Positions 20,784 through 31,177 are shown, counted from the first letter of the stretch. The stretch is DNA of 64,000 nt from Candidatus Brocadiia bacterium (GCA_050015075.1 JBEKCB010000003.1:64001-128000), one strand, 5' to 3'. Notes: a model not told the origin generated them from the letters alone. Numbers and translations: made by a program.

Positions 20784-20840
20784 GCTCGTAGTGTGCCCGT
20801 AAGGGCATACTAAATAGCGCCTTACGGCGCCACTACAAGC
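20784..20840 (+). repeat. Cloverleaf/REP-like palindromic element, copy 1
   Basis: GCTCGTAGTG-TGCCC GTAA GGGCA-TACTAAATA-GCGCC TTAC GGCGC-CACTACAAGC. Confidence 0.85.
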
Positions 20841-20881
20841 CGCTTATGAGATTCCTCTTTCCGGGACGCCGGTCTCGATAA

Positions 20882-21580
20882 TCAGCGCCCTTTTATCCGC
20901 AGCCGCGCGGCCAGGGCCAGGCTTTCCCCCATCGCCCGCAGGTTGAACTTGCTCCGGCCCTTCTCGCGGTCCTGGAAAAGGATCGGGATTTCCTTGATCC
21001 GGAACCCGCGGCAGCGGTACAGAATTTCCGTGACGATGCCGGGGCCGGGTGAAGTCAGCGTCTCCAGGTGAATGCTCTCCAGCACGCTCCGGCGGAAGCA
21101 GCGATAGCCGGAAGTCGGGTCCCGGACGCCTTTCAGGCCGAGCATCGTGCGCAGGTAAAAGGCGGCGCCGGCGGTGATGAGCCTTCGGCCAAAGCCGCGG
21201 TCGCGCGCCCCGCCGCCGGGGACCGAGCGCGAGCCGATGACGACATCCCACTCGCGCGAGGCCGCCAGGAACTCGGGCAGATAGAACGGGTCGTGCGAGA
21301 GGTCCGCGTCCATCTCGAGGATCGGGTCGAATCCCTGGGCCACGCAGTAACGGAATCCCTCGGCGCCGGCATAGCCGCGGCCGCGCTGCGTGCGCCGATG
21401 GATCACGCGGACTCGGTCCGAGGCGCGGGCGAGTTCGTCGGCGAGCCGGCCGGTGCCGTCGGGCGACTCATCGTCCACGATGACGACGGTCATCTCCGGC
21501 GCCGCGCGCAGGACGGCCTCGGTGATCTTGCGGAGGTTCTCCGCCTCGTTGTAAGTGGGCAGCATCACCGCCGGCTTCAT
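20882..21580 (-). CDS. Polyprenol monophosphomannose synthase-like GT2
   Basis: PTYNEAEN, VDDESPDGTG, EMDADLSH and DPTSGYRCF motifs; ATGA overlap with upstream gene. Confidence 0.9.
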   Translation of the reverse strand: MKPAVMLPTYNEAENLRKITEAVLRAAPEMTVVIVDDESPDGTGRLADELARASDRVRVIHRRTQRGRGYAGAEGFRYCVAQGFDPILEMDADLSHDPFYLPEFLAASREWDVVIGSRSVPGGGARDRGFGRRLITAGAAFYLRTMLGLKGVRDPTSGYRCFRRSVLESIHLETLTSPGPGIVTEILYRCRGFRIKEIPILFQDREKGRSKFNLRAMGESLALAARLRIKGR

Positions 21581-23646
21581 GGCCCTCGCCGCCTTTCGGT
21601 CAACTTCTGTTCCAGGGCGCGGACGCGCTCTTCGCCGTGGGGCAGGTCCGGTTCCAACTGGAGCGCCTGGCGCGCCGACGCGAGCGCGCTTTCGATGTCC
21701 CCTTTCTCCCCGTAGATTATCGAGAGGTTCCAGAGGATTTTCCAGTCGCCGGGCGAAAGTTCCTGCGCCTGCAGCCCGTGGCTGAGCGCGGCGTCCGTCT
21801 GGCCGGCTTGCAGGTAAAGCGCGCTCAGCGCCAGGTGCGCGTCGGGAATGTGCTGGCGGAGACCGAGCGCGATGGCTTTCTCGAGCAGAGGTATCGCCTC
21901 GGCCTGCCGGCCGCGCGCGATGAGGCACCGGCCGAGGCTGTATGCCGCCAGGGCGCAATTCGGGTCTTCCTGCAGCTTAGCGCGGTAGTCCTGTTCGGCG
22001 CTCGCCAGAAGTGAAGGCGATTCCAGGACGGCGAAGTCGAAATCGTCCGGCCGGACCGAGTAGATGTGTTCGCGGCCGAGGAAGGCCGCGCGGTCCGGAG
22101 TTCGCTGGACGTAAATCGCCGAGCGATCGTCCCAGTCCACGAGCGCCCACTCCGGCGAACGGTGGAGCGCGTCCAGGAGCCGCGCTTCGGTGGGACTATG
22201 CGTCGGCATAACGCAGATCTCCACCGAGTAACCCGCGAGGACCCGCGGCCAGTCCGGTTCGGCGTGGGCGACGGCGGCATAAGTGCGCAACAGCGCCGCC
22301 CCATAAACATCCACGCGCCCGTCAATGAACACGCGGTTCTGCGGGTACCGCGCGAACAGGAGATAGTTGCCGTCCTGGTAGGAGTTGAAAAGGTTCCCGT
22401 CCAGTCGGCGCTCGGCGAGATATCGTGCGGCGCCTTCGGGAAACATACTGTGGTCAATGCCGATGCCTGCGCGCTTCAGGCGGAAGCCGCCCAGCGCCGC
22501 GATCGCCAGCGCGACGCAGACCAGGGCGACGGCCGCGGGCTTGATGAATGGGAATAATGGGAGAGATGGGAGGAATGGGCACGGCCATTTACGCTTCGTT
22601 CGTCCCCATTCTTCCCATCGCTCCCATATTTCCCATTTCGCCCATTTTTCCCAAAGCGCGCTGAACTGGCCGGCCGCGATGGGCGCAATGGCGATCATCG
22701 CCAGGGCCGTGTGGCGCTTGGCTCTCAGGGCGAGCGCGCCGAAGGCGAGCACGATCAGCGCATCGGTCAGCCGCGCCCGGCGCGGCGCCGCCAGGATCGC
22801 CAGCAGGAAAATCCCCGCGCCGACGAGCCGGATGTCCAGCCAGTACGCCAGGTCCGGGCGCTGCCACTCGGCGATGACGGCGCTCAGTTCCGGCGAGCTC
22901 GTTAGTTTCAGCGGCACCTCCCAGATGCGAAAGCCATATGGATTGACCAGCGTCGCGGCCGCTGCCAGCCCCAGCGCCGCCCAAAGCCGCAGCACGGCCG
23001 GTTTCGGCAGAGCCGAGGCCGCGCCGAAGAGCCGCAGCGCGGTCTCGCCGGCGCAGATCAGTCCCAGCCACGCCAGCCCGGCGGGCCAGGCGCCGTGCAT
23101 GTTGACCCACGGCGCCATCAGGATCGCCGGCAGCACGAAGTACGCGCCGCGCCCCGAGCGGACCTTCTCCACCGCGAGCAGCCAGCCGGCGAAGAAAATC
23201 CAGGTGAACGCCTCGGGCCGCGAGAAGAATCGAGGCGAGACCGCGCAGAGCGCCAGCGCCGTCGCGAGGGCCGCCGCCGGCCACCCGGCGCGCGGCTGGA
23301 TGCGGATCGCCGCCATCAGCAGCAGCGCCAGGAGCGCCGCCGCCGCAGCCTGGAACAGCACCAGCCCCGCGCCGCCGCCGGCCTGGTAAACCCCGTAGAT
23401 GGAGAGCTGCGCCAGCCACTCGTACTGGATCCACGGCTTTCCCTGCGCTGTGCAACTGAAGACATCCACCGTGGCCGGCCCGCCGTTCTGTACCACGAAC
23501 CAGCCGGACTTGATGTGATGCCAAACGTCGGGGCTGCGCACCGGCTTGAGCGCCATCGCGAACGCGCAGAGCGCCACGACGACGATGAGGGCGATCCGTG
23601 TGGAAGCGGGCGGGCGGTCGCTCAATGAGCCATGGTCAATCGGCAC
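21577..23646 (-). CDS. Multi-TM GT-C-like membrane protein with C-terminal TPRs
   Basis: DVWHHIKSG, YEWLAQ, RPEAF, WVNMHG, NPYG and VFIDGRVDVYG motifs; TPR tail; GTG start with GAGGA RBS. Confidence 0.75.
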   Translation of the reverse strand: MPIDHGSLSDRPPASTRIALIVVVALCAFAMALKPVRSPDVWHHIKSGWFVVQNGGPATVDVFSCTAQGKPWIQYEWLAQLSIYGVYQAGGGAGLVLFQAAAAALLALLLMAAIRIQPRAGWPAAALATALALCAVSPRFFSRPEAFTWIFFAGWLLAVEKVRSGRGAYFVLPAILMAPWVNMHGAWPAGLAWLGLICAGETALRLFGAASALPKPAVLRLWAALGLAAAATLVNPYGFRIWEVPLKLTSSPELSAVIAEWQRPDLAYWLDIRLVGAGIFLLAILAAPRRARLTDALIVLAFGALALRAKRHTALAMIAIAPIAAGQFSALWEKWAKWEIWERWEEWGRTKRKWPCPFLPSLPLFPFIKPAAVALVCVALAIAALGGFRLKRAGIGIDHSMFPEGAARYLAERRLDGNLFNSYQDGNYLLFARYPQNRVFIDGRVDVYGAALLRTYAAVAHAEPDWPRVLAGYSVEICVMPTHSPTEARLLDALHRSPEWALVDWDDRSAIYVQRTPDRAAFLGREHIYSVRPDDFDFAVLESPSLLASAEQDYRAKLQEDPNCALAAYSLGRCLIARGRQAEAIPLLEKAIALGLRQHIPDAHLALSALYLQAGQTDAALSHGLQAQELSPGDWKILWNLSIIYGEKGDIESALASARQALQLEPDLPHGEERVRALEQKLTERRRGP
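22546..22653. repeat. 9-nt-period palindromic repeat inserted in frame within a CDS
   Basis: (ATGGGANNN)x4, a spacer, then (CCCATNNNN)x5. Confidence 0.8.
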
Positions 23647-23824
23647 GGATCGGTCCTCGGTGCAACCCGGCGAAAGTGCGCGGGCCTTCGCAAGGTTCGC
23701 TCGCGGGAGTATAGGAAAACCGGCCGTCGGCGCGCAAGGGGCCGCGCCTTCGCGGCGGATTTGACTTGACGCAGCGAGCGCCTTATGATGGATTCGACCC
23801 GGAATAATTGGAGGAGGACGACGG

Positions 23825-24022
23825 ATGGCGGACAAACCGAAAGAGGAAGAGGGCGGCAAGCATGAGTGCCCGTTCTGCGCGTTCTGGGCCGCGGCCAAAG
23901 ACTCGGAGGCGGCCGGGCATGCGCGCGGGATCGAGCGCGAATCGCTGCTCCTGGTGCGGAGCCTGCTGACGAGCTGCATCTCCGCGCTGGAAGGCCGGCA
24001 GAGCGGAAAATCGGGAAGCTGA
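23825..24022 (+). CDS. Small hypothetical protein with CPFC motif
   Basis: Strong GGAGGAGG RBS; 65 aa. Confidence 0.55.
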   Translation: MADKPKEEEGGKHECPFCAFWAAAKDSEAAGHARGIERESLLLVRSLLTSCISALEGRQSGKSGS

Positions 24023-24073
24023 CTCCGCGGCCCAGAGCAAGGTCGAAGAGGCCCGCGCCTCCCGGTTGTCGCG

Positions 24074-24265
24074 TCACGCTTTCTGGCGCTTGAAGAAGTA
24101 GTGCACCTTGTGCTGCGTCTCCTGGCGGCCGACCACGGTCGCCGTCTCCGTGACGACGAAGGCGTTGATGAGTTCGAACCCGTGCGCTCCGAGTTCGTTG
24201 AGCTGGGCTTCGGTCAGGAGTTCGTGGTACGGTTTCACCGCCGCCTTGTATTCCCAGGCTGCCAT
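24074..24265 (-). CDS. Small DUF4177-like protein
   Basis: MAAWEYK...LNELGAHGFEL...YFFKR; AAGGAGG RBS. This is the true 3' tip of the 876-aa shadow ORF. Confidence 0.75.
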   Translation of the reverse strand: MAAWEYKAAVKPYHELLTEAQLNELGAHGFELINAFVVTETATVVGRQETQHKVHYFFKRQKA

Positions 24266-24304
24266 AGCGCCTCCTTTTCTGTAGCTGCATTCTCGACTGA
24301 TCGA

Positions 24305-24378
24305 AGTATAGTGGCGATTTTCAGCCGTGTCAATGAGCGGCCGTTGTGTTTGACGAGTCCCGGCCGCGAAGGTATATT
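24305..24378. promoter_or_regulatory. Divergent sigma70 promoter pair
   Basis: Minus strand TTGACA-N17-TATACT (24333-24305); plus strand TTGACG-N17-TATATT (24350-24378). Confidence 0.65.
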
Positions 24379-24424
24379 CCCCTCTTGCGGCCGGACGGAC
24401 TCGCGTTAAAGGAGACGAGCGGAC

Positions 24425-25423
24425 ATGAAACGCGGTTTTTCCATGATGTTGCTCCTGGCGGCGACCGTGAGCGCCTGGAGCCTGTCGCCCGCGTTCGCGG
24501 ACGAGCCTGTCGCCGCCGCGCCGGCGGTCACCGCATCGCCGGCGGCCACAGTCGAGCCGGCGCGCACGGTTGCGCCGGGGCACGAGCCGGGCATGGCCGA
24601 CATCGCGCCCGAGATCGTGGCCACCGTCAACGGCAAGCCGATCAGCCGCGACCAGCTTGCGGCCCTTTGCATTCATTTCGAGGGCAAGGCAGGGCTCGAG
24701 ACGCTCATCCAGTACGAGTTGATCCGGCAGGAGGCGGCGAAAGAGGGCGTAACGGTCACTCCGGAAGAGGTCGCGGCCCACACCCGGAAAGCGGCGGAAG
24801 ATCGGCTCGACGCGCGCGCCCGGATGAACGGGGCGAAGGACTTCGCGGACTGGGCGGCGAAGAACGGTCTGAAGCCGGAGGATGTCGCGCGCCGCGTGCA
24901 CGACGAGGCGGACTGGCTGCGGCCGTTCGCCGAGCCGGAACTGCTCGCGAAAAAGATACTGCTCAAGTCGGTCAAGGTGACCGACGCCGACGTGCGCGCG
25001 GAGTTCGACCGCCGCTACGGGCCCAAGGCCAGAGTCCTGCAGATCGTGGTCCGCTCGGAGGCCGATGCGGAGGATGTGATCAAGAAGCTGAGTCTCGGGG
25101 CCGATTTCGCCGAGATGGCGCGCGACGTGTCGGTGGACAACGTCTCCCGGCGCAAGGGCGGCGAGATCCCGCCGATCGGCCCCGGATCGCCGCTCGGCGA
25201 CGCGGCCTTCAAGCTCAAGCCCGGCCAGTTCAGCGACCCGGTCAAGACGCCCGACGGCTTCCACGTCATCAAGCTGCTGGAAATGATGCCGGCCGTGGAC
25301 AAACGTCTTGAGGACGTGAAGGGGGATATCCAGGAAAGCCTGACCGCGCTCCAGTTGAGCGAGCGGCGCGAGAAATGGCTTGACGGGCTCTTCGACACGG
25401 CCGCGATCAAGCGGAATCTGTGA
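24425..25423 (+). CDS. Parvulin-type peptidyl-prolyl isomerase (PrsA/SurA-like)
   Basis: Signal peptide, VATVNGKPI, GADFAEMARDVS and PVKTPDGFHVIKL motifs. Confidence 0.88.
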   Translation: MKRGFSMMLLLAATVSAWSLSPAFADEPVAAAPAVTASPAATVEPARTVAPGHEPGMADIAPEIVATVNGKPISRDQLAALCIHFEGKAGLETLIQYELIRQEAAKEGVTVTPEEVAAHTRKAAEDRLDARARMNGAKDFADWAAKNGLKPEDVARRVHDEADWLRPFAEPELLAKKILLKSVKVTDADVRAEFDRRYGPKARVLQIVVRSEADAEDVIKKLSLGADFAEMARDVSVDNVSRRKGGEIPPIGPGSPLGDAAFKLKPGQFSDPVKTPDGFHVIKLLEMMPAVDKRLEDVKGDIQESLTALQLSERREKWLDGLFDTAAIKRNL

Positions 25424-25462
25424 TCCGGCGCAAGGAAAACCGGGCGTCCAGCCGAGGGTGAC

Positions 25463-26653
25463 ATGAGAGTGAACGTCGCCGCGCGCGTGAAAGAGCTGCC
25501 GGTCTATCTCTTCGGCAAGCTCAACGCGCTCAAGTACGAGAAGCGGCGCAAGGGGCTCGACATCATTGACCTGGGCATGGGCAATCCGCTCGACCCGACG
25601 CCCAAGGCGATCGTGGACAAGCTCTGCCAGGCCGTCCAGGACCCGCGCAACCATCGCTACTCGACGGCGACGGGCATCTTCAGCCTCAAGCGCGAGGTTG
25701 GGCTGCTCTACGAGCGCCGCTACGGCGTGAAGATTGACCCCGCCAACGAGATCATCTGCACGATCGGGTCGAAGGAGGCGTTCTCGCACCTGTGCCTGGC
25801 GCTGCTCGGGCCGGGCGACACGGCCATCGTGCCGCAGCCGGCGTTCCCGATCCACTCGTACGCGATCCGCCTCGCCGGGGCCTCCGTCCTGCAAATCGGC
25901 CTGCACAGCGAGGAGCAGATGCTGCGCGACGTGGACGGCCTCATGCGCTCGCTGCGGCCGAAGCCCAAGCTGCTGGTGCTCAACTTCCCGCATAACCCGA
26001 CGACGGTCTCCGTCTCGCTGGAGTTTTTCGAGGACATGGCGCGGCTCGCCCGCAGGCACCGGCTGTTCGTGGTCAGCGACCTGGCGTACGGCGCCACGGC
26101 GTTCGACGGCTACCGGCCGCCGAGTTTCCTCCAGGCGAAGTACGGCAAGGACGTGGCCGTCGAGCTGACGACGATGTCGAAGGAATTCAATATGGCCGGC
26201 TGGCGCGTCGGCTACTGCGTGGGCAACCGCGACGCGGTCGAGGCGCTCGGGCGCGTGAAGGCGTATTACGATTACGGGCTGTTCCAGCCGCTGCAGATCG
26301 CCTCGATCATCGCGCTGCGGCACTGCATCCCCGACGGCGCGGAGCAGGCGCTGGTGTACCAGCAGCGGCGCGACGTGCTCTGCGAGGGCCTCGAGCGCGC
26401 CGGGTGGGACATCACGAAGCCGAAGGCCACGATGTTCGTCTGGGCGCCGATCCCGGAGCCGTATCGCCGCAGAGGCTCGGTCCGGTTCGCGTACGACCTG
26501 ATGGACAAGGCGCTGGTCGCCGTGGCGCCCGGCGCCGGTTTCGGCGAGGCGGGCGAAGGCTATCTGCGATTGGCGGTGGTTGAGAACGAAAAGCGCCTGC
26601 GCCAGGCCGTGGCGCAGATCCGCCGCGCGTTCCCCGCGGCGAATCGCTCGTAG
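25463..26653 (+). CDS. Class I/II PLP aminotransferase (AlaC/LL-DAP-type)
   Basis: DLGMGNP, GSKEA, NFPHNPT, DLAY and SKEFNMAGWRVG motifs. Confidence 0.92.
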   Translation: MRVNVAARVKELPVYLFGKLNALKYEKRRKGLDIIDLGMGNPLDPTPKAIVDKLCQAVQDPRNHRYSTATGIFSLKREVGLLYERRYGVKIDPANEIICTIGSKEAFSHLCLALLGPGDTAIVPQPAFPIHSYAIRLAGASVLQIGLHSEEQMLRDVDGLMRSLRPKPKLLVLNFPHNPTTVSVSLEFFEDMARLARRHRLFVVSDLAYGATAFDGYRPPSFLQAKYGKDVAVELTTMSKEFNMAGWRVGYCVGNRDAVEALGRVKAYYDYGLFQPLQIASIIALRHCIPDGAEQALVYQQRRDVLCEGLERAGWDITKPKATMFVWAPIPEPYRRRGSVRFAYDLMDKALVAVAPGAGFGEAGEGYLRLAVVENEKRLRQAVAQIRRAFPAANRS

Positions 26654-26702
26654 TGTGCCCGTAAGGGCATACGAAGTAGCGCCTGACGGCGCCACTGCGA
26701 GC
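26646..26702 (+). repeat. Cloverleaf/REP-like palindromic element, copy 2
   Basis: GCTCGTAGTG-TGCCC GTAA GGGCA-TAC GAA GTA-GCGCC TGAC GGCGC-CACTGCGAGC; supplies the TAG stop of the aminotransferase. Confidence 0.85.
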
Positions 26703-26811
26703 AACGCACTCGTACAGGCCGGACCCGGACGAAAAATGCGATTACCCGCCTAAGCGGGCAAGCGATTACGAGCAAGATTACGATTACGATGGCGATGAAC
26801 GGAAAGGAACC

Positions 26812-27354
26812 ATGGCCCGAGAAACGCTCACGCCGGAGAGGATGAAGCCGGTCGCCGAGGCGCTGCTGTTCGCGAGCGACGAGCCGGTGCCCGCGGCGCG
26901 CCTGGCGCAGCTCCTCGGCAAGGGCGCGGACGCGAAGACGGTGCGGAAGCTGGTGGACGAGCTCAACGCCGAGTACGCCGGCCAAGGCCGCGCGTTCGAA
27001 GTCGTCGAGATCGCCGGCGGCTTCCAGTTGCTCACGCGGCCGGAGTTCAAGGACTGGGTCGCCGAGCTGCACCGGCACCGGCGGCAGGACAAGCTGACGC
27101 CGTCGGCGGTGGAGACGCTGGCCATCGTGGCGTACAAGCAGCCGATCCAGCGCGCGACGGTGGACGACATCCGCGGCGTGCAGACCGGTCCGCTGCTGCG
27201 CAGCCTGCTCGAACGCGGCCTCATCAAGGTCGTCGGCCGCCAGAACGTGCCCGGCCGCCCGATCCTCTACGGGACGTCCCGGATTTTCCTGCAGCACTTC
27301 GGGCTCAAGTCGCTCAAGGATCTGCCCCGTGTCGCGGAGCTGGCGCCGCCGTAA
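26812..27354 (+). CDS. scpB: SMC-Scp complex subunit ScpB
   Basis: EALLFAS, AGGFQLLTRPE, ETLAIVAYKQP and FGLKSLKDLP motifs. Confidence 0.95.
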   Translation: MARETLTPERMKPVAEALLFASDEPVPAARLAQLLGKGADAKTVRKLVDELNAEYAGQGRAFEVVEIAGGFQLLTRPEFKDWVAELHRHRRQDKLTPSAVETLAIVAYKQPIQRATVDDIRGVQTGPLLRSLLERGLIKVVGRQNVPGRPILYGTSRIFLQHFGLKSLKDLPRVAELAPP

Positions 27355-27363
27355 TAAAACGGG

Positions 27364-27446
27364 GAAGAAGTATAAATGATGAGTGATAAACGGGAGCGCT
27401 TGCGCGCCCCTCTTGCACTTCATCATTCATCACTCCTGCCTCTTCG
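27364..27446. repeat. Intergenic palindrome built from approximately 7-nt units
   Basis: ATGATGAGTGATAAA ... TTCATCATTCATCAC arms around a GC-rich core. Confidence 0.55.
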
Positions 27447-27459
27447 TTCAAAGGATCCC

Positions 27460-28614
27460 ATGCTGATCGTCGCCGACCAGAATATCGTTTTCGTGCAGGA
27501 GGCGTTCCGGGCGCTGGGCGAGGTGCGGCTGATGCGCGGGCGGGAGATGACACCGGCCGCCGTCCGCGACGCCACGCTGCTGCTCGTGCGCTCGGTCACG
27601 CCGGTCAACCGAGCGCTGCTCGAAGGGAGCGCCGTGCGGTTCGTCGCGACGGCGACGATCGGGTTTGACCACGTGGACACGGAGTACCTGCGCGAGGCTG
27701 ATGTGGCTTTCGCCGCCGCACCGGGGTCGAACGCGAACTCGGTCTCGGAGTACATCACCGCGGCGCTGCTGGTCCTGGCGCGGCGGCAGGGCAAGCCGCT
27801 CGAGGGCCGGACGATCGGCATTGTGGGCGCGGGCAACGTCGGCTCGCGCGTCGCCGCGAAGGTCCGCGCGCTGGGGATGCGCGAGCGGCTGAACGATCCG
27901 CCGCTCCGGCGCTCCACGGGCGATGCGAAGTACCGGCCGCTCGACGAGCTGATGGACTGCGATTTCATCACGCTGCACGTGCCGCTGGAGAAGAGCGGAC
28001 CGGACCCGACCTGGCACCTGGCGGGCGCGGATTTTCTGGCGCGGATGCGGCCCGGGACCGTGCTGCTGAACAGCTCGCGCGGGGCGGTGGCGGACAACGG
28101 CGCGCTGCTCCAGGCGCTGCACGCGGGCCGGCCCGGCGCGGCGGTGCTGGATGTCTGGGAAGGCGAGCCGCGCATCCGGCCGCCGCTCCTGGCGGAGGCG
28201 GCGCTGGCGACGCCGCACGTGGCCGGATACTCGTTCGACGGCAAGGTCAACGGGACGGAGATGATCTACCGCGCGGCGTGCGCGTTCCTGGGGCGAAAAC
28301 CGGACTGGGCTCCCGCGAGCTGCATGCCGCCGCCGCTGATCCCCGAGATCGAGCTTCGGCCGCGCCCGGCCGAACCGGAGGAAGCGCTTCGCGAGGCGGT
28401 GCTGAGGGTCTGCCCGGTCGAGCGCGACGATGCAGCGCTGCGCCGGCTCGGCGGGCTGCCGCCGGCGGACCAGGGGCCTTATTTCGATCGGCTGAGGGCG
28501 GAGTATCCGGTCCGGCGCGAGTTCCAGAATACGGCCGTGCGGCTGCGGGGCACTGACTCGGCGGCGAGCGCGCTCGCCGACAAGCTCAAGGGGATCGGGT
28601 TCAACGTCGCCTGA
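27460..28614 (+). CDS. pdxB: 4-phosphoerythronate dehydrogenase
   Basis: MLIVADQNI, LLVRSVTPVN, TATIGFDHVD, DVWEGEP, TPHVAGYSFDGK and YPVRREF motifs. Confidence 0.92.
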   Translation: MLIVADQNIVFVQEAFRALGEVRLMRGREMTPAAVRDATLLLVRSVTPVNRALLEGSAVRFVATATIGFDHVDTEYLREADVAFAAAPGSNANSVSEYITAALLVLARRQGKPLEGRTIGIVGAGNVGSRVAAKVRALGMRERLNDPPLRRSTGDAKYRPLDELMDCDFITLHVPLEKSGPDPTWHLAGADFLARMRPGTVLLNSSRGAVADNGALLQALHAGRPGAAVLDVWEGEPRIRPPLLAEAALATPHVAGYSFDGKVNGTEMIYRAACAFLGRKPDWAPASCMPPPLIPEIELRPRPAEPEEALREAVLRVCPVERDDAALRRLGGLPPADQGPYFDRLRAEYPVRREFQNTAVRLRGTDSAASALADKLKGIGFNVA

Positions 28615-28622
28615 CGGCCCGA

Positions 28623-28779
28623 GTGTCGTATCCCGCAAATAACGTACATAAGTTCAGGCTATGTCATGCTGAGCGTAGCGAAGCATCTCACACTACAAAC
28701 TGTTGCCAAAGCTCAGCGTATGAGATTCTTCGCTTCGCTCAGAATGACCGCGCATTAACTTATTACTGGGACACCACAC
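28623..28779 (+). mobile_element. MITE-like palindromic element, copy A
   Basis: Imperfect terminal IRs (GTGTCGTATCCCGCAAATAA / TTATTACTGGGACACCACAC) around an inner stem GTCATGCTGAGCGTAGCGAAGCATCTC...GAGATTCTTCGCTTCGCTCAGAATGAC; homologous to 38637-38797. Confidence 0.7.
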
Positions 28780-28791
28780 CAGGGCGCGCGG

Positions 28792-29811
28792 TCACTGCAA
28801 TTGCACGGTCCGGCTGTCCACGCCGTCCCACAGGTACGAGTCAATGTCCGGGTCCCACTGGACGCCGCCGGTGCTGTTCGGGCAGAAGATGTTGTCGGCC
28901 GGGTCGTGGCTGACGTTGACGGTATCGGTCCACTTCACGTGCCCGTCGAGGTACATCACATTCTGGCCGTTGTTGTGGTTGGGCCTGGGAGGCTGCGCGG
29001 TTGCGACGGGCTTGCCGGGCGTCTTCCCTGCTCCCTCCTGCTTGAATGCCTGCACGCCCTCAAAGCGCCACCAGTTGGCTGGGGAGGACTGGGCGCCGAG
29101 CCACCACGGTGGTGCAGGGTAGGCCGGCGACTGGCCGCCGGGCAGGAACCAGGTCTGCCCGTCGGCGTCGGCGGCCATGGCCTGGTCCACGCTGAGGTTG
29201 CGCGGCTGGGTCAACTCGTCATACAGGTAGCTGCATTTGTTCGCGGTGCTGACTTCGTTGCCGGTGTACGCCGCCGGGTCCACGGTGCTGATGAGTTGAC
29301 CGCCTGCATTGTACGAGGCGAACCCGAAGCAGGTATGCAGCGCGCTCCCATAATACTGCCAGGCGATCTGCGGGGTGTCGGTGGTCGAAGGGCAGGCGAA
29401 GACTTTGACGTCGGGGCAGTACGTCGGATACAGGCTGGCGAGCGAGGGCATCGGCTGGAACGTGCCGTCCAGGCTCTGGCCGCCCGTGGTGCTGACCATT
29501 CCTCCCGGGCCGCCGTCGTTAGTCCACCACGGGCCTCCGTTCGATGGACTGATAGTCCACGGGGCTCCATTCAACGTGCCTCCGGTCGGACTGGTGGCCT
29601 GCTGCATGAAGGCGGGGAAGTAATCGCCGTTGGGCTCCTGATACGAGATGCAGGCCTTGCCGATCTGCGCCAGGTTGTTGGAGCAACTCTTCCGGCGGGT
29701 CTGTTCTCGACCGGCCATGAGGGCCGGCAGAAGGATTCCGACGAGGATGCCGATGATGGCCATGACGATCAGGAGTTCGATGAGCGTGAAGGTCGAGGAT
29801 CGCCGCTTCAT
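28792..29811 (-). CDS. Prepilin-type N-terminal cleavage / DUF1559 protein with H-X9-DG motif
   Basis: [32 protein letters not shown] and [16 protein letters not shown] motifs. Confidence 0.88.
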   Translation of the reverse strand: MKRRSSTFTLIELLIVMAIIGILVGILLPALMAGREQTRRKSCSNNLAQIGKACISYQEPNGDYFPAFMQQATSPTGGTLNGAPWTISPSNGGPWWTNDGGPGGMVSTTGGQSLDGTFQPMPSLASLYPTYCPDVKVFACPSTTDTPQIAWQYYGSALHTCFGFASYNAGGQLISTVDPAAYTGNEVSTANKCSYLYDELTQPRNLSVDQAMAADADGQTWFLPGGQSPAYPAPPWWLGAQSSPANWWRFEGVQAFKQEGAGKTPGKPVATAQPPRPNHNNGQNVMYLDGHVKWTDTVNVSHDPADNIFCPNSTGGVQWDPDIDSYLWDGVDSRTVQLQ

Positions 29812-29905
29812 GTTTTCTCTCCTCCGTCCGGCGCCGGCTGTCGCCCACCTCATCAGCGTATCAACTTCCGCGGCGCGGCGCCAGCGAAAAGCGCGCGATG
29901 CGGCC

Positions 29906-29946
29906 GGAAAACACGAGAGGCGATCCCGAACGGGGATCGCCTCTCG
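29906..29946 (-). terminator. Rho-independent terminator between the two pilin-like genes
   Basis: CGAGAGGCGATCCC-loop-GGGATCGCCTCTCG followed by TGTTTT on the minus strand. Confidence 0.75.
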
Positions 29947-29971
29947 GCACGATTCGCGTACGAGCGAAACG

Positions 29972-31003
29972 TTACTGGCCCGGCCAAGAGCTGTCGCCTA
30001 GAGTACCGTCCCACAGGTACGAATCTGTGTCGGCGCCCCATGCAGCGGTAGAGATACCCCAAGTACTCGCAAACCAACTTCCCTGCGGATTGTAAATGTT
30101 ATCCACGGGGTCGCGGCTGGCGTAGTTGGTGTTGCTCCACTTCACGTGGCCGTCGAAGTACATCACGTTCTCGCCGTCGGTGTGGTTGGAAATCGTCGGA
30201 CGCTGCCACCCGTACGGGATGCCGGAACCTGCTCCGAAGGCCCAGTTCGAGCCAGTCAGTCCCGGAGCGTAGTACGGCGGATGCTTACCGGTTGCGGTGA
30301 GCCAGGAATAACCGTCGGCATCGGACGCGATAGCCTGTCCCGGACCGATAACACGGAAGTTGGTCAGCTCATCGTAGAAGTAACTGCACTTGACGTTGGT
30401 GCTGACTTCGTTGCCGGTGAAAATCGCCGGATCGACGGTGTACGGATCACCACTAGGTCCCGGTATGAGCGCCTTCGAGATCGTCCCTGTCTCACCCTGG
30501 TCGGGCGAGAAACCGAAGCACGTGTGCTTGGCTCCGTTGTAATACCGGCAAGCGATCTGCGGCTTATCAGGCGTAGACGGGCACCCGAAGACCTTCACGT
30601 TGTCAATGTACGCAGGATACAGGCATGCCAGTGAGGGCATCGGCTGGAAACTGCCGTCGCTGCCTTGGGCGCCACTGTTCGTGGAGCCGCCCGGCGTCCA
30701 CAGAGAGTTCGCAGCCCACGTAATGGCGTTCGGATACCAATACGCGCTCTGGAAACCATCGTTCTGTGCGTACGGCGGATCACCGTAAAATGCCTGTTCA
30801 AACGCGGGGAAGAAGTCGCCGTTAGGCTCCTGGTACGTAACGCAAGCCTTAACGATCTGTGAAAGGTTGCTATCGCAGGACTTGCGGCGGCTCTCCTCTC
30901 GAGCTCTGGTCAATGCCGGCAGAAGCAGCCCGGCGAGAATTGCGATAATAGCGATGACGACCAGCATCTCGATCAACGTGAAGGAAGATATCCACTTTCT
31001 CAT
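29972..31003 (-). CDS. Prepilin-type N-terminal cleavage / DUF1559 protein with H-X9-DG motif (paralog)
   Basis: [24 protein letters not shown] and [16 protein letters not shown] motifs; AAGGAGGTG RBS. Confidence 0.88.
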   Translation of the reverse strand: MRKWISSFTLIEMLVVIAIIAILAGLLLPALTRAREESRRKSCDSNLSQIVKACVTYQEPNGDFFPAFEQAFYGDPPYAQNDGFQSAYWYPNAITWAANSLWTPGGSTNSGAQGSDGSFQPMPSLACLYPAYIDNVKVFGCPSTPDKPQIACRYYNGAKHTCFGFSPDQGETGTISKALIPGPSGDPYTVDPAIFTGNEVSTNVKCSYFYDELTNFRVIGPGQAIASDADGYSWLTATGKHPPYYAPGLTGSNWAFGAGSGIPYGWQRPTISNHTDGENVMYFDGHVKWSNTNYASRDPVDNIYNPQGSWFASTWGISTAAWGADTDSYLWDGTLGDSSWPGQ

Positions 31004-31074
31004 GTGTTTTCACCTCCTTTCCATTTTTGTCCCAAAGAATCCCCTGCCAAACTCACCATACCCCAAGCGAATGT

Positions 31075-31102
31075 ATTATAGCCACGGGTGCGGCCAAGTC
31101 AA
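31075..31102 (-). promoter_or_regulatory. Strong sigma70 promoter of the pilin-like gene
   Basis: TTGACT-N16-TATAAT with an AT-rich tract upstream. Confidence 0.65.
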
Positions 31103-31177
31103 TAGGAAATTTACAAGAATTTAAGGTATTTCTTTCATCCGCCGCCCGCGCTGCGCGTAAGGCTGCGGCCACGGCCT

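Noticed and set aside
28623-28913. 96-aa ORF and the similar N-terminus of the 37616-38809 minus-strand ORF as a small protein family
   Set aside because: The similarity is explained by translation of the MITE-like palindrome, and there is no RBS or coding-like composition
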